Source of the DNA: an uncultured archaeon
GTDB lineage: Archaea > Asgardarchaeota > Lokiarchaeia > Sigyniarchaeales > SOKP01
Length of the DNA stretch: 22,957 nt
Reading direction: 5' to 3'
Assembly (NCBI GenBank): GCA_964525635.1
Contig: CAZGJX010000070.1
Span: forward strand, 1 to 22,957
Numbering within the stretch: position 1 is the stretch's first letter; the number at the start of each line of letters is the position of its first letter. The notes beneath the pieces are model-generated. The model made no database searches and was not told the origin of the DNA. It worked only from the letters and a program-made list of their open reading frames with translations. The position numbers and the translations under genes are program-made. Of this stretch, positions 16,811 to 22,957 are shown one piece after another.

Positions 16811-17463
16811 TATTTATCTAGAACATTTCCATCTATTTAAATGTTATCCCCGCCGCCCTCCCATATTAGAACCTAAATAAGTCTATCCTACGTAAAGATA
16901 ATTCCTAATTCATAAATATTTTAGAAGATATTCTAAATTTTTAAGAATAATGGATTATTATTTTAGCAATTATTTGAGGTGTACCAATTAAGATTTCTTA
17001 TTATTGAATTTTTCTATAAAATTTAATATAGAGTTCAATAAAATGATTAATTTACACCAAATATCCGAAGTAGCCTTTAAAGGCCACAGATGCACTATTT
17101 AAATATGCATCTATGGATCAATTTTATTTTAATGGAAAAGTGACTAATAGATATACCTCCATTCCTTATTTTTGTAAGGAAGCGCAAATGTCCACATTTT
17201 TTTTTTTCAACATTTTCCATCAATTATATTTTGATTAATAAGTAGCTTATTATAAAATAGAACGTGTTTATATATAAACTATATGGTTCTAATATCCAAT
17301 TTTCCCATTTATGTGGGAATTCCTATTCACAAATCGAGCATACATTAATATAGGTAAATTAATTTAATAATGGTAATTGGTCAATTCCAATTTTATTAGA
17401 ATACCATATTTTTAGAATAATTCATATTATTTCTATTTAGAATAAATATGGAGGTAAAATAAA

Positions 17464-18501
17464 ATGAGTAAAATCAAAACATTTAAGAAGTTTGTAGATC
17501 AGATTTTAATGAGCGATGGGATGGAAATTGGTACACCTATTATCTTAGATGAAATATCATTTGTCCCAATCATAAGACATGAAGTCCCAAGAGAAGAACG
17601 AGATTATTATTCATTAGAAGAAGCATTAAACGAAGGATTTTGTAATGTAATTGATAAAGGAAATGAAGTCGCTCATATTTTATTTCAAAATATCAGTAAT
17701 CTACCAATCTTAATCGAAGAAGGTGAAATTTTTCAAGGTCAAGGAACACAGGATAGAATGAGTGTGGGTACCATAATGGTTGAACCACAATCAAAAGTAG
17801 AAATCCCTGTTAAATGTGTACATGCCCCACATCACTTATCTTCAGGTGCATTTTTTTCACATGGAGGTAAAGCAAGTAGAGGGATGCTAAATGAGTTAAG
17901 ATCTATGAAATATGCTAATGCTATGCAAAGTATACCAGTATCATCTATTAATCAAAATAATATATGGAATAAAGTAAATGAGGAGTTAAAAGCTGAAGAT
18001 TCTATTTCAAATAAAGTTGAGTATATGCAAGGAATTGAAATTCGGCAGAAAAGAGCAAAAAAAAGAAGTAAGGATCTGAAATTTCCAGATAATACAATTG
18101 GTTTTGTCGTTATTACTGCCGAAGGTGAAATTAAAGGAATGGAAATTCATCGAACACCTCATAATTTCAACATTAGGAAAATTGGAATCCTTGAATCAAT
18201 AGAATCTAATATTTCTTGGGAAAATAAAGGAAAAGAAGCATATAAACATTCAGAAGAGAAAGTAAAAGATCTTTTTAATAAACTTTCCAGACTAGAAGAG
18301 GGAAAGGATGTCTTTAAACAAACAGAGATAGATAGTTTAACAATTAATATGGACGGAGTACATGGAGAAATACTAACATCTTCATTTTATACTGAAATCT
18401 GTCCTAAATGTAATGTTGCTAAACCGAGAAAAAAAGTATGTCCTCATTGTGGAAATGAAGAAATAGATTCAGATGAGTTTGCATTTATGAGCTTCTTTTA
18501 G
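17464..18501 (+). CDS. ARPP-1 (DUF6569)-like protein with a C-terminal zinc ribbon
   Basis: SLEEAL...N....PILIEEGEIFQGQGTQDR....IMVEP....IPVKCV...NQNNIWNKV matches the ARPP-1 pattern (GE..GG.QxR...IPV.CV...Q..VW). C-terminal CPKC-x9-CPHC. SD GGAGGT at 17450-17455. Confidence 0.75.
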   Translation: MSKIKTFKKFVDQILMSDGMEIGTPIILDEISFVPIIRHEVPREERDYYSLEEALNEGFCNVIDKGNEVAHILFQNISNLPILIEEGEIFQGQGTQDRMSVGTIMVEPQSKVEIPVKCVHAPHHLSSGAFFSHGGKASRGMLNELRSMKYANAMQSIPVSSINQNNIWNKVNEELKAEDSISNKVEYMQGIEIRQKRAKKRSKDLKFPDNTIGFVVITAEGEIKGMEIHRTPHNFNIRKIGILESIESNISWENKGKEAYKHSEEKVKDLFNKLSRLEEGKDVFKQTEIDSLTINMDGVHGEILTSSFYTEICPKCNVAKPRKKVCPHCGNEEIDSDEFAFMSFF

Positions 18502-18595
18502 ATCAAAATATCATAAATTTAATTCTTTTTTTTATCTTATTTTAATTGGTAAATAATTATAATTGTTTTTAAAATAAAATATAAAGTGAGATTTG

Positions 18596-19054
18596 TTATA
18601 GAATCATAACAAAATTAGCGAAATTCTCTCTTTCAAGAAAACCTTTCTTTTTATAAAATCCTCGAATATATGCTTGTGATTCCTTAAAATTATTAAGCAT
18701 TATTCTAACACAATTCTGTTCTTGAGCAAAATTTTTTGCATAATTTAAAAGTTCTGTTCCATGTCCCTTTCCTCGTTTTTCTTCCTTTATCACTAAATCA
18801 GAAATATATAATTCTTTACCTTGGATGAGAGGAAAATCAATCATATGCATATTTAAATATCCATTAATAGAATCTTCTTTTGAATTTAAACTCACTATAA
18901 GAATATTTATATTTCCATTTACAGAATTTTTTAATGATGACCTCATCTTTTCAATTTGATCATTGTTAAATATTAGATTCTGGCTTGTCTTATAGTCAAT
19001 TATTAGTTGAATTAATTGAGGAATGTCTGTATTTGAAGCTTTTCTTATTTTCAT
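18596..19054 (-). CDS. GNAT family N-acetyltransferase
   Basis: N-terminal IRKA...DI..L, acetyl-CoA motif A LYISDLVI....RGKGHGTELL, and FYKKKGF. Confidence 0.92.
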   Translation of the reverse strand: MKIRKASNTDIPQLIQLIIDYKTSQNLIFNNDQIEKMRSSLKNSVNGNINILIVSLNSKEDSINGYLNMHMIDFPLIQGKELYISDLVIKEEKRGKGHGTELLNYAKNFAQEQNCVRIMLNNFKESQAYIRGFYKKKGFLERENFANFVMIL

Positions 19055-19793
19055 ATTTCTAAAATATAATTCTATTGAGCATAATTATAATAATTGAAAT
19101 ACAATTTAAAAAGCCTTATAATTCAAACCTATTCTTCTTATGAAATTTAAAACTAAGAAAATTAATGATAATCTTATAAAATATTATTGGTATTATTATT
19201 TGAAATAAAATTAGTAGAATGTTATTTATTATGATAACTCTCTTTTTCAGATATAAATAATACTAAGATTTAATTTATATTATTATTTAGTTTTCTTTTC
19301 TCAATAAGAGAATCTCGAATTTTTTTAAAAAATTTGTTTTGTTCAATACGATTTAAAATAGAGGTTTCTTGATAATTCCAAGGAAAAGATGAATTAAATC
19401 TATTGAAATTAGATGCATTTTTCATATCTATTGAAACTATAACCTTAATTAAAAATATAATCTTAAGCCATTCTTATAATAAAAAGAAAAAAATAAAAAT
19501 TCTGATATTTTAAAACTTATTTTACGATTAACACGAACAAAGATAATCATAGTATTATTTTCTATTAATAATACATTATAATAGATGATTAAAACTGTAC
19601 TTTCTTTAATATAATTGTGAGATTTGATATAGAAAATTTATATTGTTATTTTTAGATTTAATATTAAAATGATCAAAATAATACTTTATTTGCTGTATAT
19701 TTAATAAAATTAGATATTAAGGAAAAGAATAAAAAAAAATAAAAATAAAGTATTTTTCTTTTACAAAAGAGAAGAATTAATGGTAAAATCAAT

Positions 19794-20186
19794 TTGGTTA
19801 AGTTAGGTTATTGTGGGGAGAGATGTGATACTTGCCCAAGATATATCGCAAGTCTAAGCACCGACTCAAATGAATTGAAGAAAGTTGCTATTTTATGGAA
19901 AAAAGCTGGATTCCGAGACGAAACAAACAATATAAATAACTTAATTTGTAAAGGATGTAATCCTGAGAAAGAATGTGCTTATGAAGATATTAGAAAATGC
20001 TGCATTAACTATAGAATTGAAAATTGCGGAAAATGTCTCAAATATCCATGTCATTTAATTAATGAAGTATTTGAAAAAACAAAAAATCTTGAATTAAAAA
20101 GTGTTAATTTATTGACAACAGATGAATTTAATAAATTAAAAATAGCTTTTTTTCAAAAAAAAGAGAATCTTGATAAAGAAAAATAA
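19794..20186 (+). CDS. DUF3795 family cysteine-rich (putative Fe-S/Zn-binding) protein
   Basis: The pattern GYCG..CDTCP...CKGC......C....IRKCC....IENCGKC..YPC is present. Confidence 0.85.
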   Translation: MVKLGYCGERCDTCPRYIASLSTDSNELKKVAILWKKAGFRDETNNINNLICKGCNPEKECAYEDIRKCCINYRIENCGKCLKYPCHLINEVFEKTKNLELKSVNLLTTDEFNKLKIAFFQKKENLDKEK

Positions 20187-20428
20187 ATAGAAATTGATTT
20201 TTCGCAATATTGTCTTAATAAGTAATTTTTATTCTCTAAATAACTATTTAATTCATTCTTATAAGTTTTCTGTAGTATTGAAATTCTTTTCAGGGATTTT
20301 AACTTATTTTTTTTTTAAGGAAACAAAGTAAAAATATATATATTCATCATTAATTTTATTTAATAACAGATAATTAAATATAATGATCAATAGTTAAGTC
20401 TAATTATATAAAGTTGTGAGTTAAAAAA

Positions 20429-20584
20429 ATGAGAAATCAATGCAATATAGGTGAAGGAGCAAAAAAATTGGATAAAAAAGAAATTAGGGTAAGAATGAAG
20501 ATTAAGAAAAAATCAGTTATAAAAATATTTGTGGCAATAATCATCTATATTAATATAATGATTATGTTTAACATCTTCCTTTAA
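20429..20584 (+). CDS. Possible small single-pass membrane protein (not in the ORF track)
   Basis: My translation gives MRNQCNIGEGAKKLDKKEIRVRMKIKKKSVIKIFVAIIIYINIMIMFNIFL* (51 aa; a shorter internal start is possible). It ends 14 nt before the TauE gene. Confidence 0.35.
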   Translation: MRNQCNIGEGAKKLDKKEIRVRMKIKKKSVIKIFVAIIIYINIMIMFNIFL

Positions 20585-20598
20585 TACGTGATTCAGTT

Positions 20599-21387
20599 AT
20601 GGAAATAATATGGTATGTTGCTATTTTAGCATTTTTTCTCGCATCAATGGATTCTATAGCAGGTATGGGATTTGGAACTGGTTTAGCACCATTGTTATTT
20701 TTACTTGGTTATAATCATCTTCAGATTGTGCCTGCATTATTAATTTCTCAAACAATATCAGGATTAATTAGTGCTTATTTTGATCATGAATTTGAAAATA
20801 TCAGCTTTTCTTTTAAACCTCTAAATGATGCTACGAGGTATGCTTTATTATTTGCTTTAATAGGGTGTATCGCAACTTTTTTCTCAATTTTTATTGCTTA
20901 TTTTGCTTTTAACATTCCTGAAAACATTATTAAAGTTTATGTTGCCTTTTTAATTATAATTATGGGCTTTATTGGAATTCTAAAATTATTTATGAAGACA
21001 GATCAGACCAATGAACGAATATTTAGACCAAAACTATTATTAGGTTTTTCAGCTGTGGCAGGATTTAATAAAGGTATTAGTGGAGGAGGATATGGTCCAA
21101 TTATCACACTTGGGCAGATATTTTCTGGAGTGTATGAGAAAAGTGCAAGAGCAATTGTAGCACTTGCTGAAGCTTTGGTTTCAATTACAGGAACCATAAC
21201 CTTTATTATTATTAGTCTTAATAAAATAGAGATAGATCTAATTTTATTGCCATCAATATTTACAGGAGCTTTTTTTGGAGCATTAATTTCACCCTATTTA
21301 GTACGAGTAATGCCAAATAAATTATGGAAACGTGTTATTCCAATATATGCTATTATATTGGGTGTTATTACTATAATTTTTATATAA
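20599..21387 (+). CDS. Sulfite exporter TauE/SafE (TSUP) family membrane protein
   Basis: About 7-8 TM helices with duplicated glycine motifs (SIAGMGFGTGLAPLL; KGISGGGYGP) and a GA.FGALI.P C-terminal motif. 262 aa. Confidence 0.88.
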   Translation: MEIIWYVAILAFFLASMDSIAGMGFGTGLAPLLFLLGYNHLQIVPALLISQTISGLISAYFDHEFENISFSFKPLNDATRYALLFALIGCIATFFSIFIAYFAFNIPENIIKVYVAFLIIIMGFIGILKLFMKTDQTNERIFRPKLLLGFSAVAGFNKGISGGGYGPIITLGQIFSGVYEKSARAIVALAEALVSITGTITFIIISLNKIEIDLILLPSIFTGAFFGALISPYLVRVMPNKLWKRVIPIYAIILGVITIIFI

Positions 21388-21424
21388 GATGTAGAAAAAG
21401 GATTTTTCCAGATTTTATTTAAAT

Positions 21425-22798
21425 TTATTCTTCAGAATATGATTCTTCTTTCTTATTTTCCCTATTATGATCTGTTTGTTTTATATCTTCTTTGGGATTT
21501 AATTTCTGTTTATCTAAAAAAAATTGAAACTCGCTCCAACCTAATTCATTATTATTAATATACCCCCGATTCTCCAAGTGTATTCTATATTCTTTAAGTA
21601 TGTTCACTACTTCATCATTAGTAAAATAACTTTTCATGATATATCCTTTTCTCTGGAGTAAATATGATGAATAATACATATAGAAACAAATTGTAATAAT
21701 CATAATAATAAAATTATTTACCATTTTTATTTGTTCCAAATTTGAAAATGTCCCGCTAAAGTCTCCTGCTCCAATTACCATAATTATTTGACCTGCAATA
21801 TAAAGTAAAGTAAATGCATATAGAAAGAAAGGTGTGTTATTTTTATTAAATAATTTTATACCCCATATTTTTCCACCTAAACTCCTAAGAACTAAAACTG
21901 CTGTAAAAAGCATCAATAAAATATCTATTAAAGATGTGAAAAAATTGCTTGCTTCATTAATACTTTCAAAAACATTTAGAAGGGCATTGAGAAAACTAAA
22001 AGTTCGATATAAAAGATATAACCATATGAATATGTAGAAAACTGAAGAATATACATTTGGTTTTTCATATTTTTTACTTTTAATAAAAAGTGAAATTTGC
22101 CAACAAGATGTAATAATCAAGATAATACATATAGCCAAATTTGTAAATACAAACCATATAAAAGGATCAGAAGAAGTTGTAGATATTGCTGTATATTGTG
22201 GTAAAAAACCAAAATAAATTCCTAAAAATAATAGAAAAGGTATAATTATTGCAATAATCAAGAAAATTAAAGAAACACTTTCTTGTTTTTTAGATGGACT
22301 ATTCCGTTTTATTAGTTTATTCTCTACTTTTTGGGATATATCCTCCATTCCAGATCTTAAAAAGAAAATTTGTGTTAAATTCCAACCGAAAAATATGGCA
22401 ATATATAATACAGGTAGCATTAAATTCCAGCCCATAAATTCTATAGGTAAATCTTGACTATAACCCGTTAAAAAATAGATTAATGTAATTATAAAACCAA
22501 TAAAGAATACAAAAATGAACACAATAATTTTATTCTTTTGAAATACCCGCTCCTCAGAGAAAAGATATGTGTCCAGACCAGGAATTAATCCAATTATCAT
22601 TAAAAAAAGAAAAGTAAGAGAAATTAAAGTTGCGATAAATAATACACCATCACCTAGTCTAAATATACTTAATAATCCAATTAAGAGTGATGATAAAAAG
22701 AAAATTAAGGTGAATAATAGATGTGAATTACTAAATATTCTATAAAAATGTTTATCTAAAAACGATTTTAGTTTATTTTTAGATTTATATTTTTGCAT
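21425..22798 (-). CDS. Polytopic membrane protein of unknown function (~10-11 TM)
   Basis: 457-aa ORF with many hydrophobic segments and a charged C-terminal tail. An SD-like GGGAG lies just upstream. It converges on the TauE gene. Confidence 0.85.
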   Translation of the reverse strand: MQKYKSKNKLKSFLDKHFYRIFSNSHLLFTLIFFLSSLLIGLLSIFRLGDGVLFIATLISLTFLFLMIIGLIPGLDTYLFSEERVFQKNKIIVFIFVFFIGFIITLIYFLTGYSQDLPIEFMGWNLMLPVLYIAIFFGWNLTQIFFLRSGMEDISQKVENKLIKRNSPSKKQESVSLIFLIIAIIIPFLLFLGIYFGFLPQYTAISTTSSDPFIWFVFTNLAICIILIITSCWQISLFIKSKKYEKPNVYSSVFYIFIWLYLLYRTFSFLNALLNVFESINEASNFFTSLIDILLMLFTAVLVLRSLGGKIWGIKLFNKNNTPFFLYAFTLLYIAGQIIMVIGAGDFSGTFSNLEQIKMVNNFIIMIITICFYMYYSSYLLQRKGYIMKSYFTNDEVVNILKEYRIHLENRGYINNNELGWSEFQFFLDKQKLNPKEDIKQTDHNRENKKEESYSEE

Positions 22799-22957
22799 AA
22801 ACTCTCCCTTTTTTAGTGAAAATAACTTTTTTAATAATTTTGAATGATATTATATCTATATATTTATGATTAGTTAAATTTAATCAATAAAATTAAACTT
22901 TATCAATATTATAAAGATACACTAGAAGTAATTAAACTTTTTTTTCTCATATTTTCT

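Noticed and set aside
19390-19440. ATTGAAA(C/T) motifs resembling CRISPR repeat ends
   Set aside because: There are only two 11-bp copies 28 nt apart, too short for a repeat-spacer unit, and no cas genes are present.
16505-22037. Short ORFs 16505-16699, 21003-21197 and 21834-22037
   Set aside because: They are antisense shadows of longer supported genes.

Overview
This is a very AT-rich archaeal window whose proteins point to an Asgard archaeon of the Lokiarchaeia/Promethearchaeota. The evidence is a Loki-type LRR protein and C-terminal IPGY-TM 'Loki-CTERM' sorting signals; the assignment is an inference from family recognition. From left to right it holds a partial membrane protein, a C39-like cysteine peptidase, an orphan ORF, an LRR protein and glutamine synthetase (glnA). 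Next comes a ~10.5-kb four-gene cassette (5128-15635), then a divergent pair (RQG-motif protein plus a small basic protein versus an ARPP-1/DUF6569 protein) with a structured intergenic region. The window ends with a GNAT, a DUF3795 protein, a TauE/SafE transporter and a polytopic membrane protein. The best candidate for an undescribed system is the cassette. Two giant surface glycoproteins are built from 3 and 4 modules, each a conserved Ig-like frame with a variable ConA/LamG-like insert. A third, receptor-like gene carries one copy of the same ectodomain, a TM helix, a cytoplasmic RING-like Zn finger and a duplicated helical domain. A triple winged-helix transcription factor follows. The first three genes share one conserved promoter block. 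This looks like an adhesin/lectin regulon with its own kinase-free transmembrane sensor. No rRNA, tRNA, CRISPR array, transposase or reverse transcriptase was seen. All family calls come from visual motif recognition, not database searches.
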